Positions 8,301 through 16,084 of a DNA stretch of 24,060 nt are shown here, one piece after another. This DNA is from a virus (Duplodnaviria; Caudoviricetes). The stretch lies in IMG/VR virus record IMGVR_UViG_3300041016_000526, positions 1 through 24,060 of that record; one strand, written 5' to 3'. How positions within the stretch are numbered: position 1 is the stretch's first letter; the number at the start of each line of letters is the position of its first letter. A model generated the notes under the pieces. The model saw only the letters and a program-made list of their open reading frames with translations, did not search any database and had not been told where the DNA came from. Made by a program: the position numbers and the translations under genes.

Positions 8301-10055
8301 GTTGCTGTGTAGACTTCGTGGGTTCGCAAGCTCTTGAAAGGTAGCTGATATAAACGGTATTGTGTAGTACTCATATACACTCTGTGTAGGAACAGCAGGA
8401 GGAGCAGGAGAGTCGTATTGCATAGCGACAAACTGAAACCCAATTAAATTGCTTGAAGGAAAAGTGACAATATCAATCCCCTGACCAACACCACTTATTC
8501 CACTTGCCACCTTCTGAAATGCGTTAAGGTTATTAGGTAGAACACAATTTTGTTTATCCGTAAACGTCGTCCCGTCACACGACGTATCGTTTCCCGGAAC
8601 AGGGTCATATACGGGCTTTATGTTAGCAATGGTTCCAACCGCTGCTTGAAACTCAGGGCTTGTTGCTAGTTGGTATACTGATGTGTAGTTGTTTGATAAG
8701 TAAAAAGAAAACTCGACACTTATAGTAGCAGTTGTAGTTAGAGGAAACGGTAGAGTACCTGAAAATCCATAGTGAACTATATTAAACTCAATATTTATAA
8801 GAGAGCCCGATGTCAATACTTTTCCCTGCAAGTCAATAAACCCAATAGCGCTAGGTATTGTCTGAGGACTAAGGATATCAATGGTGTAGTTCCCACTTTG
8901 TGTGCTTGTAGACAAATCAGATATTCCAACATCTGTTGAGATTAATGAGGCAGCATACTCTAGCTTTATTGGAACATTATTATAGTCAACCAAGTCATAG
9001 CCCTCGACGTAGTTTCCATACATAAGCCTGTTGCCCATAATAGTTTGAGCTTTGGCAAATCTTGGAACATTGTCATAGAGCCTTAGTATCTCTGCCGATG
9101 ATAGTATTGTAAATATCTTGCTGTTATCAAACGAGTAGGTGAAAACAGTGTTATCAGCAAGACCTAAATTAAATTTATTAAGCTTCTCAATAACCTTTAT
9201 TATATTGTTAGCCGACTGCTTGAAGAGCAAGTCAACGCCAACGACAAGCGGTCCACCTGAGTTATATGATATTAAAGAGGTGTTAGAGTAGTTAATCATT
9301 CCCTCATTGAGCATACTATCTATGCTAAACTCAAATGAGTTTGGAACAAAGGCAACAGCAGACCACTGAGATGTGGCTGAGTACTCACCATCGGCGTACC
9401 TGTACCTATAAGCGAAACATATAAATCTAGTCTCCATATAGTTATCCTGACCGCTTGATGTAACTGTTGTAACAGTAGGCGACTCTAATGGTGGTTTTTT
9501 TATAACCAAAAGTTGCTCTGCCGATATGCCATCTATAAGTGCAACGGGCAAAGGATAACTTCTTTCCGTGTTTATAAATCGAGGGGCGTTATAGTCATCC
9601 GTAAAAAACAATAAGTTTGCTTGGATGTTTACCCCCGTGATAAGAAAGGTGGGGTTGAAGTTAAGTGTTGTATTTAAACCACCGCCATCGTCTATACTCG
9701 TAACGTGATACGTAAGAGTGTTGGTGAGAACATTAAAGGATACAATAAGGTCAAGTTTTCCTGTGGCTCCTTGTGGAAAGTTATCATCGTGGACAAACCA
9801 ATATAAAGTCTCATTGGCGCTGTCTTCTATCGTTCCGATACAAAGAGCGTCGGTGCTAAGAGGGTCTCCATTGAAGCTGAGTGTCGTGAGAGATAGATTG
9901 CCTCTTGTGTTCTCTATGACACCAATCTCAGCCTGTTCGGTAGAACCCATTCTGACATTCATCGCATCAATATACTCTCCTTCGGGTAACAGACGCTCGT
10001 CCATTACCTTGTTCATTCTACCTGCTATAAAATTACGCGACAGCTTCTTTGCCAT
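5346..10055 (-). CDS. Tail nozzle/stabilisation protein (P22 gp10 / T7 gp12 / crAss muzzle-like), main part with appended Cys-rich domains, 1569 aa
   Basis: N-terminus NFIAGRMNKVMDERLLPEGEYIDAMNVR; LLFFTDDYNAPRFIN; FAYRYRYADGEYSATS; AKAQTIMGNRLMYGNYVEGY; GIVYMDDFNRAS; YGISFNPESY...YFTDVKRGAVIQL; GGYDPYMNEYVLS. These motifs are typical of this family. Confidence 0.75.
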   Translation of the reverse strand: MAKKLSRNFIAGRMNKVMDERLLPEGEYIDAMNVRMGSTEQAEIGVIENTRGNLSLTTLSFNGDPLSTDALCIGTIEDSANETLYWFVHDDNFPQGATGKLDLIVSFNVLTNTLTYHVTSIDDGGGLNTTLNFNPTFLITGVNIQANLLFFTDDYNAPRFINTERSYPLPVALIDGISAEQLLVIKKPPLESPTVTTVTSSGQDNYMETRFICFAYRYRYADGEYSATSQWSAVAFVPNSFEFSIDSMLNEGMINYSNTSLISYNSGGPLVVGVDLLFKQSANNIIKVIEKLNKFNLGLADNTVFTYSFDNSKIFTILSSAEILRLYDNVPRFAKAQTIMGNRLMYGNYVEGYDLVDYNNVPIKLEYAASLISTDVGISDLSTSTQSGNYTIDILSPQTIPSAIGFIDLQGKVLTSGSLINIEFNIVHYGFSGTLPFPLTTTATISVEFSFYLSNNYTSVYQLATSPEFQAAVGTIANIKPVYDPVPGNDTSCDGTTFTDKQNCVLPNNLNAFQKVASGISGVGQGIDIVTFPSSNLIGFQFVAMQYDSPAPPAVPTQSVYEYYTIPFISATFQELANPRSLHSNRGYEIGIVYMDDFNRASTALVSPNNTVHIACGLSSQKNGIRVTIPPAQIAPKWATRYKFVIKPDMENYEVIYTNLFFTDSSTNEAWFFLEGENTMKVEVGDRLIVKADTSGVVTNCAYATVLEKSTKPASFITPIQAVAVLAGVYMKINPNSFSVVSDPLATINFGKLSAFAGLTDLNGEWAQLDYPCNITGADPLNPTWTYIDYSVPAGSRVQLDFDWIRGGINSGCEARGYRYIKTFVSSSNYNNFMDWWNGDNVPSTLTSGTSVDGNSYIDFISTVGPLALPTTFSDALEVQFFRDAVTNQLILQFNTGKSCGGGGDKDGKRFYVYVTIKVFRAISTIIFETEPTDALPDVFFENNLSFAIDSFGNHEGNVTNQNIAGGTSGVVDTEFFNCFSFGNGAESYKIRDSIIGRHFTLGERVTSVSAQDYKMADRFADITYSGVYNAESNLNKLNEFNLGLLNYKYLESSFGEIFILDGRETDVLVLQEDKISYVLAGKNLLSDAAAGGVIVSVPEVLGTQIARTEKYGISFNPESYVHWGANRYFTDVKRGAVIQLVGNSHANETLNVISEDGLRTWFRDEFNASFNTQKLGGYDPYMNEYVLSTNERLIPVDDLCLDCGVKQTLTLTQAIVDGAPPLELTYSFCVNMGALIGDADLTWTVLSNTGGNFQVNAIYNGTPYTSGPTAVSGSLTIVKDDISEQTVFVTIIYTSAQLVINIIQQCPTIESLTIVEVVLTNNSEVGQSIHTGYRYTYGTFIGALQSSSVIFTSSTNNPVVSRYNVITGNVGSGGFPPEFSVMTLQTNKIVPDTFDFDILSDRFLYARTNVLYPNTSMGIQFILTAATEAIPITGATPLFQAPFLVPATALGSYLYLIWDLRDSIPIELCFTELSTVNAKKEICCDCEGCFDECVQIFIQNTSTVNPAEVLFPLGQSVACGGVDDSPLSIELNPAETIFSICVTNNPSGPLLFEVISGDVYVRIDSCTC

Positions 10056-10065
10056 AATATTTAAT

Positions 10066-10347
10066 TTAACAATTCCACTTTCTTAAAGCTTTATTAATTC
10101 TTGAGTTAGGGTCATTAGCAGTCTCTGCACTTGTGTTTGCTCTTTTCATTCCTGACATTCTGCTACAAAAACTTTTTCTTCTTTTAGCATCTTTGCTATC
10201 GGGGTCGAGTTTAGAAGGCTTGGTAGTAACCGCCATCTTAAGTTTACTGCCGGGGTTGTCTTTCCTATATGAAGCGACTCCCTTTGCATTTAAACCACCT
10301 GACTTATTCTTGCCTTCCGACCTTGTCCAAGCTGCTGTCTTTGCCAT
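10066..10347 (-). CDS. Small basic phage protein (DUF6321-like), 93 aa
   Basis: AWTRSEGKNKSGGLNAKG...RRKSFCSRMSG...DPNSRINKALRKWNC; recognised from memory as a widespread aquatic-phage family. Confidence 0.7.
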   Translation of the reverse strand: MAKTAAWTRSEGKNKSGGLNAKGVASYRKDNPGSKLKMAVTTKPSKLDPDSKDAKRRKSFCSRMSGMKRANTSAETANDPNSRINKALRKWNC

Positions 10348-10349
10348 AG

Positions 10350-10685
10350 TTATATTTTTTTAACTCTATTACCCATACCTACCCTAGACTTTTCAGCTTT
10401 TTTAGCAGCTAACTTAGAAGGTGTAATTTCACCTTTTGTTTTAGGTGTCTCTTTAGATATTCTTTTGGTAGGTCTGCAATACTCATTTTTACCACCATCA
10501 CCACAAGCTTTTCCTGACTTAGTATCTTGCCATTTTTCTGACTCCCATCTTTTTAAAGATGTCCCTGCTTCTGTTTTTCTAACAACACCCGAGCCCTTTC
10601 TACACTTAGCAATAGCTTGAGAAGCTCTTGCTGAAGGAAAGACATCATACTGTGCTTTTACTTTAGAATAACAAGCGTCTTTCAT
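10350..10685 (-). CDS. Small basic phage protein (DUF5872-like), 111 aa
   Basis: KDACYSKVKAQYDVFPSARASQAIAKCRK...LKRWESEKW...CG...YCRPTKRISKETPKT; recognised from memory. Confidence 0.65.
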   Translation of the reverse strand: MKDACYSKVKAQYDVFPSARASQAIAKCRKGSGVVRKTEAGTSLKRWESEKWQDTKSGKACGDGGKNEYCRPTKRISKETPKTKGEITPSKLAAKKAEKSRVGMGNRVKKI

Positions 10686-10686
10686 A

Positions 10687-11610
10687 CTATTTCATTATTT
10701 TATCCATACCCCTCATATTCATCAAGAGTCTTCCGGGGTGTATATTGCTTATTCTTATCTTTGCGTTTCTCAGCAGTGCTTGTCTTTCTTTTCTTGCCCT
10801 TGTCACGACATACTCTTGGACACCAAACTTAGAGTTTAATATCTCAAACTTTATCGCCGCGTATATATACTGCTCGAATAGTTTATTGACAGTAATAGAT
10901 GAGGTGTCTCCGTTCTCCATACCATCAGATACATACTCAAGGATACAAAGTTCGCCCGACATACAGGAGTCGAAATTAATAACGCCCGCACGCTTGTCAA
11001 TATTAAAGGTAGGGTTGAAGTTAGCGGTCTCTGTGTTTAACCCAAAAGAAGCTCCTATGCTCCCTTGGAAGTACCACATACCATCTATACAAGCGCCCAA
11101 CTGCCCATTAAACTGATTGCCTTGATTTAGGTAGATACTTTTTTTAGTATTATTAAATCTGTCTAAATCTATGGTTGAGTTCTGTGGGGATAATATATTC
11201 CCCGCTTGGTCAAATAGAATGTTTCCCTGATTGTCTTGTAGGTAGGCACTTGATGATAACGTCTGAATGTTCTCGCTCAAAGGTCTAAGCCACCCATCTT
11301 TATAAAGTGATATCCTTACCCAATTGACATAGTCTGATGGCAAGACAAATAACAAGTTCGTTGATACGGTTAGCTCTAATACTTTTATCTCCTTGAAGGC
11401 ATCGTAGTTAAGCTCCTGTACTGCGCGCTTGGCGTGAAACAAAACCTTAAAACGCTCCTCATTGTTTACCAACGAGTGGTTGCCGTTGTACATTAACAAA
11501 AAATTATTTACAATATCTTGAAGGCTAACGTACTGATAGGAGCCCCAATTCGCATCGGAAGGACTATTGCCGTTGTTATCGTAGTATTGATATTGCGAAA
11601 TATATGTCAT
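10687..11610 (-). CDS. Head-tail ring/adaptor structural protein, 307 aa
   Basis: VSLQDIVNNF...VLFHAKRAVQELNYD...LPSDYVNWVRIS...ILEYVSDG...EQYIYAAI; helical ends with a beta middle, as in tail tubular/ring proteins; position between capsid and nozzle. Confidence 0.6.
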   Translation of the reverse strand: MTYISQYQYYDNNGNSPSDANWGSYQYVSLQDIVNNFLLMYNGNHSLVNNEERFKVLFHAKRAVQELNYDAFKEIKVLELTVSTNLLFVLPSDYVNWVRISLYKDGWLRPLSENIQTLSSSAYLQDNQGNILFDQAGNILSPQNSTIDLDRFNNTKKSIYLNQGNQFNGQLGACIDGMWYFQGSIGASFGLNTETANFNPTFNIDKRAGVINFDSCMSGELCILEYVSDGMENGDTSSITVNKLFEQYIYAAIKFEILNSKFGVQEYVVTRARKERQALLRNAKIRISNIHPGRLLMNMRGMDKIMK

Positions 11611-11631
11611 CTTTTATGATTTTTACTAACA

Positions 11632-12585
11632 TTAAACTGCATCCTGTTGAGTCTGCTGAGCTATGCCAAACTGAGCTACCTCTGTCTCTCTGATTGAAAT
11701 ACCACAGTACTGACAGATTTTAGCAACCAACCTATATTCATCCCCAACAGCCATTTCAAAATCTTGATAGTCCAACTGTGATTGGTCGAACACAGGCTCT
11801 CCTCCCGTTAGTATGACATAGGTCCACTTTGGTGCTTTAGGATATCTGAAAGAGTCAACCTTAACCGCTCCGTACCCTTGAATGGTAGTAGGGTAAAGGG
11901 TTATGCTGCTCCCTATGTTTGTGTACGCGGGGTATATCAAAGATGGTGCTGTCAAGAGTGAACTTGCTAACATAAGTATCTTTCCGTTTGTCACCTTCTC
12001 AGCCTCTGAGTACGATGAAGCAGCGTATATTATATAGTTAGAAGCAAGGAGCATTATATTATCATTCAAAGCGAGGGCAACAGCAGATGTTACCGTTGCT
12101 ACCGTTGAACTTTGGAACGTATCTGTGTTAACAACTATGTCCCCAACACTAACGCCATCCGTAATGAAATCAGCGGTGCTATCAAGTAGGTTAAACGCCG
12201 ACGCTCCATCTGTATAATTGCTTGCCAAAGTACTTGTGTATACAATAACCTTGCTCACCATATATGACTCATAGCCAACGGTGACAAGTGATGGATAGGA
12301 ATAATTGTTTGTCAAGTTAAGTGCCGCAGTAAGCTTTGGGATAATAAAGTCGCTCATCAAGAACGTCTCCATAACCTCAGTTATAGGCTTAATCATATCC
12401 GAGTAGTCTGTACCCGAAATACGCTTATTCTCGTATACTATTTGCTTATTGTAGTTACTAAAATAGTCCTCGTAAATCTCTATTTGTGCTTGAGTTGCGA
12501 ATAAATTAAAGTCAGAGGGACTAATATACCCATAGTTATTCTTATTCAGTATAGATAGCACTGTATTCCTTACTGAGTTTATCAT
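11632..12585 (-). CDS. Head-tail ring/adaptor (tail tubular A-like) protein with inserted beta module, 317 aa
   Basis: MINSVRNTVLSILNKNNYGYISPSDFNLFATQAQIEIYEDYF...RYPKAPKWTY...DFE...LVAKICQYCGISIRETEVAQF, resembling crAss-like ring proteins. Confidence 0.65.
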   Translation of the reverse strand: MINSVRNTVLSILNKNNYGYISPSDFNLFATQAQIEIYEDYFSNYNKQIVYENKRISGTDYSDMIKPITEVMETFLMSDFIIPKLTAALNLTNNYSYPSLVTVGYESYMVSKVIVYTSTLASNYTDGASAFNLLDSTADFITDGVSVGDIVVNTDTFQSSTVATVTSAVALALNDNIMLLASNYIIYAASSYSEAEKVTNGKILMLASSLLTAPSLIYPAYTNIGSSITLYPTTIQGYGAVKVDSFRYPKAPKWTYVILTGGEPVFDQSQLDYQDFEMAVGDEYRLVAKICQYCGISIRETEVAQFGIAQQTQQDAV

Positions 12586-12599
12586 CTTTATAATTTTTA

Positions 12600-12607
12600 C
12601 AAATATA
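12600..12607 (-). promoter_or_regulatory. Bacteroidota-type -7 promoter box TATATTTG
   Basis: TAnnTTTG match directly after the terminator U-tract and 14 nt upstream of the ring-protein ATG. Confidence 0.65.
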
Positions 12608-12608
12608 C

Positions 12609-12638
12609 AAAAAAAAGAGGGTACTCTTCAGTACCCTC
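12609..12638 (-). terminator. Rho-independent terminator
   Basis: GAGGGTACT-GAAG-AGTACCCTC perfect 9-bp stem followed by T8 on the minus strand. Confidence 0.9.
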
Positions 12639-12668
12639 CAACCAATCAAATCACTCTCGGACAATCGA

Positions 12669-13412
12669 CTATCCTAAAGTAGCCTCTAACATTCTAAGTG
12701 AGTCAATGCCCTCGTCAGTCTTTAAGAAATGTCCTACCACATCCATAGGGTCGGCTTCAAAAGGAACTGATAGCATCTTCTTTTTATTTGTGCCTGTGTT
12801 ATACCAAACCTCCTTGCCATTGTTGCGTAGCTGCAATAGCTTTGCTTCAAAGAACATTGTAATCTTAGCTTGATACTTTAGCTCGGGGTCATTCAACACC
12901 TTTAAAAATTCTGCGGGATTTCTCTTAGCGAAGATTAACATATCTCTCTTTAGCTCTGCCGATGAGATTAGTGTTGGGTCTTTCCCAAACATTACTCTCG
13001 TTAACATCTCTATTTGGTCTATGCTTAATGACTTTGCCTCTATTAAAGCATCTACCTCTAAGTTTAATTCGTCAACCTCTTGTGCCGCGTCCTTAGCCTT
13101 ATCCACCTCGACGAAAACATTTCCGTTCATAGGGTGGTAGAATAAAAACAACTGTAGCACGGGGTTTTGTTTTGGAACTACCAAGAATCCATCATCAAAG
13201 ATTATTGGCTCTAATATATAGTTCCCGTCTTGTTCGTCCTCGAAAGGGGACTTCTGATTCACGCAATACCTAAGTGCGCGATTAACATTTTTTTCCTCAT
13301 CGTACCACATAAGTGGAAAACGCGGGTTATTTCTTGAAGCCAAAGTGTAGGCTAACGGGGTTCCGTGTTTTAATCTGTAGACCTTATCGGTCGCTATTAC
13401 TTTTGTACTCAT
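12669..13412 (-). CDS. Conserved phage protein downstream of the major capsid gene, 247 aa
   Basis: Clean ORF (RALRYCVNQKSPFEDEQ...IIFDDGFLVVPKQNPVLQLFL.YHP) flanked by two terminators; function unknown. Confidence 0.65.
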   Translation of the reverse strand: MSTKVIATDKVYRLKHGTPLAYTLASRNNPRFPLMWYDEEKNVNRALRYCVNQKSPFEDEQDGNYILEPIIFDDGFLVVPKQNPVLQLFLFYHPMNGNVFVEVDKAKDAAQEVDELNLEVDALIEAKSLSIDQIEMLTRVMFGKDPTLISSAELKRDMLIFAKRNPAEFLKVLNDPELKYQAKITMFFEAKLLQLRNNGKEVWYNTGTNKKKMLSVPFEADPMDVVGHFLKTDEGIDSLRMLEATLG

Positions 13413-13446
13413 TTTATTTAAGATTAGATTTAAGTTAGTTTATTTT

Positions 13447-13479
13447 AAAAAAGGAGAACCTCCTCTCAGAGGCTCTCCT
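13447..13479 (-). terminator. Rho-independent terminator after the major capsid gene
   Basis: AGGAGAGCCTC-TGAGAG-GAGGTTCTCCT stem (one G-U pair) followed by a T-run. Confidence 0.85.
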
Positions 13480-13496
13480 ATTATTGTTACATCGAA

Positions 13497-14918
13497 CTAT
13501 CCAAAACGGAATAACACGAAGTTGTTTGCACCTAAAGTACACACGCAACGCTCAGATAGGAAGTTAACCTCCATAGCATCTAAGTCACTTGTTTGCGCAC
13601 CACCGGCAGAACCTGTAATCCAAGTTTTGTAACGACGGTCTTCAGCCTCAGACGCACGGTAACGTACGTGAAGGAAAGGACGCTTAGCGTTTTTGCCCAT
13701 AATTTGGTCATAAACGGATGTCGAACCTGCGGGAACCAATAAACCTGTTACTGTACCTGTTGCGGTAGCAACTGCTGTGTTTAAACCTCCACGCATTGTT
13801 GGGTCGTTTAGGTATTTCCAATCAGATTTGTAGAAGTCATAACCTCTACGGAATCCTGTGAAACCTAAGTTCAACGCCATATTTACATCGTTGTCGAACA
13901 AACCAAAAGAAGCTGAATTAGACGCTGTTGCAGCATTGAAACCGTTTAAAGAAGCCAACATATTGTCAATGTCGAAACTTAGTCCACGATTTACGAATAC
14001 CACGTTCTCCTCGATAGCACCTTGCTTATCCAAACGAGATACGATTGTGTCCCAATCAGGAAGAGTTGTCGGTGTACCACCGCCCCATACGTTTCCGCGG
14101 TCGTTAACAACGTAGAAGATTCCTTCTGTACCACCTGATGTACCAAGAACAGCTAAAGCTCCTGAAGTAGACTCCGCAGGCACCGCTTCAATCATTGAAG
14201 TCTCAATATAGTCTTCAAAACGTAAACGAGTCTCGTGCTCTGACTTCAAGTACCAAAGGTAACCTGTAGCGCCATTCTCTGTTGTAACCTCAACCCATCC
14301 GATTTGAGCCATATCAGACCCGTTAACAGAATACTTATCTTTTAAGATAATAGGCTTGTTAGAGAAGATAGAATCTTCAGCTTCCAAAGAACCCACCATT
14401 CCGACAGTTCCTTTTTTAAACTCGGAACCGTAGATAAACATAGTACAGATAGTAGAAACAGCAAAAGTTTGACCTGTGTTCTCGTAGTAAGCAACAGTAA
14501 CTGTTAAACCTGTTACTGCGGTAACAATTGCTTTGTTGAAAACACCTGTTGTGTTTGCTTGAATCATAACTGTCTGTCCAACGCGGATAGCTGCTGTAGT
14601 TGCGCCCGGGTCAGTAATTACAAAGACTCCTGTATTAGAAGCTAGAGCAGAACCTGCTGTTGCGATTTGATATTTAATGTGTAAACGTCCTTGCTCAGCC
14701 CATTTTACTTGGTCAGAGTTAGAAGGAAGCTCAGCTCCAACCATACGAAGGAAGGAAGCGATTGTGCGATTACCATAACGCTCAAATTCTTTCTCATATG
14801 TATCAGGAAGATACTGATTCAAGAAGTTGAAGTTGGTAATGTAGTTTGTTGATAATGCCACTTGCTCGGCTGCGGGTTGCAGGGCGTAGGTGGGGGTTGA
14901 TAATAAGGCACTTGCCAT
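13497..14918 (-). CDS. Major capsid protein, 473 aa
   Basis: Follows portal and acidic scaffold, followed by a terminator; QYLPDTYEKEFERYGNR, VKWAEQGRLH, FSNKPIILKDKYSVNGSD, MEVNFLSERCVCTLGANNF fit an HK97-fold capsid of Bacteroidota phages. Confidence 0.85.
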   Translation of the reverse strand: MASALLSTPTYALQPAAEQVALSTNYITNFNFLNQYLPDTYEKEFERYGNRTIASFLRMVGAELPSNSDQVKWAEQGRLHIKYQIATAGSALASNTGVFVITDPGATTAAIRVGQTVMIQANTTGVFNKAIVTAVTGLTVTVAYYENTGQTFAVSTICTMFIYGSEFKKGTVGMVGSLEAEDSIFSNKPIILKDKYSVNGSDMAQIGWVEVTTENGATGYLWYLKSEHETRLRFEDYIETSMIEAVPAESTSGALAVLGTSGGTEGIFYVVNDRGNVWGGGTPTTLPDWDTIVSRLDKQGAIEENVVFVNRGLSFDIDNMLASLNGFNAATASNSASFGLFDNDVNMALNLGFTGFRRGYDFYKSDWKYLNDPTMRGGLNTAVATATGTVTGLLVPAGSTSVYDQIMGKNAKRPFLHVRYRASEAEDRRYKTWITGSAGGAQTSDLDAMEVNFLSERCVCTLGANNFVLFRFG

Positions 14919-14949
14919 AGTTTTATAGTTTTTTTAGTTAATAATCTTT

Positions 14950-16035
14950 TTAAATTCGTTTTATGCTGCGTATTTTCAGGCTTCTACCTGAATCGGGGTT
15001 TAACGCTTTCACCTGCATCCCATCCGCGTTCTTTGAGACCTCGGGGGCTCTTCGCTCTGACATATTCACGTTTTTCATCTTACGTGCCACGTTGTCTGTA
15101 GCGTCTGCTTGCCCTTGTTCATAAAAGAATCTCGCAAACTTGTCGGGTTGCATTGCGATGGCTAACGACCTGTGATAACCTACTGCGTCCTTAATCAAAC
15201 CTGAGTCATCCAAAAACTTATTTATAAAGTTCTGTGGTGTAGCTCCGTTTTTTTTCAGCTCAGCAGACTCTCCGGGATTAAACGTAATCTTCTTGTCGTT
15301 GATGTCAAACTCAAAACCTTTGAATCCACTATCAAAAACTTCATCCGTCTTTTGGCTAAACCATTGACGCTTACGGTTATTCTCCTCTCCTATAGTCTTC
15401 GCCTGTTTGGTATATTCACGATACGACTCAAACTCTTCTTTTTCCTCGTTTGAAAAAACTGTGGCACTTGACTCAAGTGGCAGTTTATACTTTTCTTTTT
15501 GAGTGTTAAAGAATTTTTTTGCTTCGTTTACAACCTTTTTTCTTTCAATTTTTATTTTCTTAATCTTTGACTCATCGTCAATATCCTCGTCATATCTATA
15601 ATCACTCATCAAGGTCTCTATATCCTCTCCGTCAAGACCCTCTTGGGTCGCTGATAGATACTCCTTTACAAGTGTCTCGGGCTCCATTGAATCGAAATCT
15701 TTCTTTAACTTAACAAAGTCTTCGAATCCTCGTCCCGTTTCCTTTTTATATTTCAAAAACGAAGCAACATCCTCGGGTAAATCCTCGGACTCCTTTCTCT
15801 CTGCAACCAACTCATCGAATGAGTTAATCGTTTTGTTATATCGTTTACCGATATATGAGAGAACCTTCTGCTCGTCAAACTCTTCCTCTACTACAGGTGT
15901 GCTAGATAGATTACTTGTATCTATCCCTCCACCATCAGTATTTATCTCTTTATCGTGTTTCTCAAGAAGCTCTTGTTCTACCTGAGCAACACCTTTTTCT
16001 TCGTTACCGTCTAATAATCTTACTTTGATATCCAT
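14950..16035 (-). CDS. Putative capsid scaffolding protein, 361 aa
   Basis: Highly acidic/charged helical protein between portal and major capsid, with a basic C-terminal tip (RSLKIRSIKRI). Confidence 0.65.
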   Translation of the reverse strand: MDIKVRLLDGNEEKGVAQVEQELLEKHDKEINTDGGGIDTSNLSSTPVVEEEFDEQKVLSYIGKRYNKTINSFDELVAERKESEDLPEDVASFLKYKKETGRGFEDFVKLKKDFDSMEPETLVKEYLSATQEGLDGEDIETLMSDYRYDEDIDDESKIKKIKIERKKVVNEAKKFFNTQKEKYKLPLESSATVFSNEEKEEFESYREYTKQAKTIGEENNRKRQWFSQKTDEVFDSGFKGFEFDINDKKITFNPGESAELKKNGATPQNFINKFLDDSGLIKDAVGYHRSLAIAMQPDKFARFFYEQGQADATDNVARKMKNVNMSERRAPEVSKNADGMQVKALNPDSGRSLKIRSIKRI

Positions 16036-16056
16036 TGGATTAGATTTAATTTATTG

Positions 16057-16064
16057 CAAATTTA
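16057..16064 (-). promoter_or_regulatory. Bacteroidota-type -7 promoter box TAAATTTG
   Basis: TAnnTTTG followed by CA in the portal-scaffold intergenic gap. Confidence 0.65.
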
Positions 16065-16084
16065 GACAAAATTTATGATATTTT

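Noticed and set aside
10687-13499. Stop-codon reassignment or TAG read-through as in some crAss-like phages
   Set aside because: Genes are full-length in the standard code, TAG ends three genes at sensible positions, and read-through of the capsid TAG meets a terminator and TAA within 18 codons.
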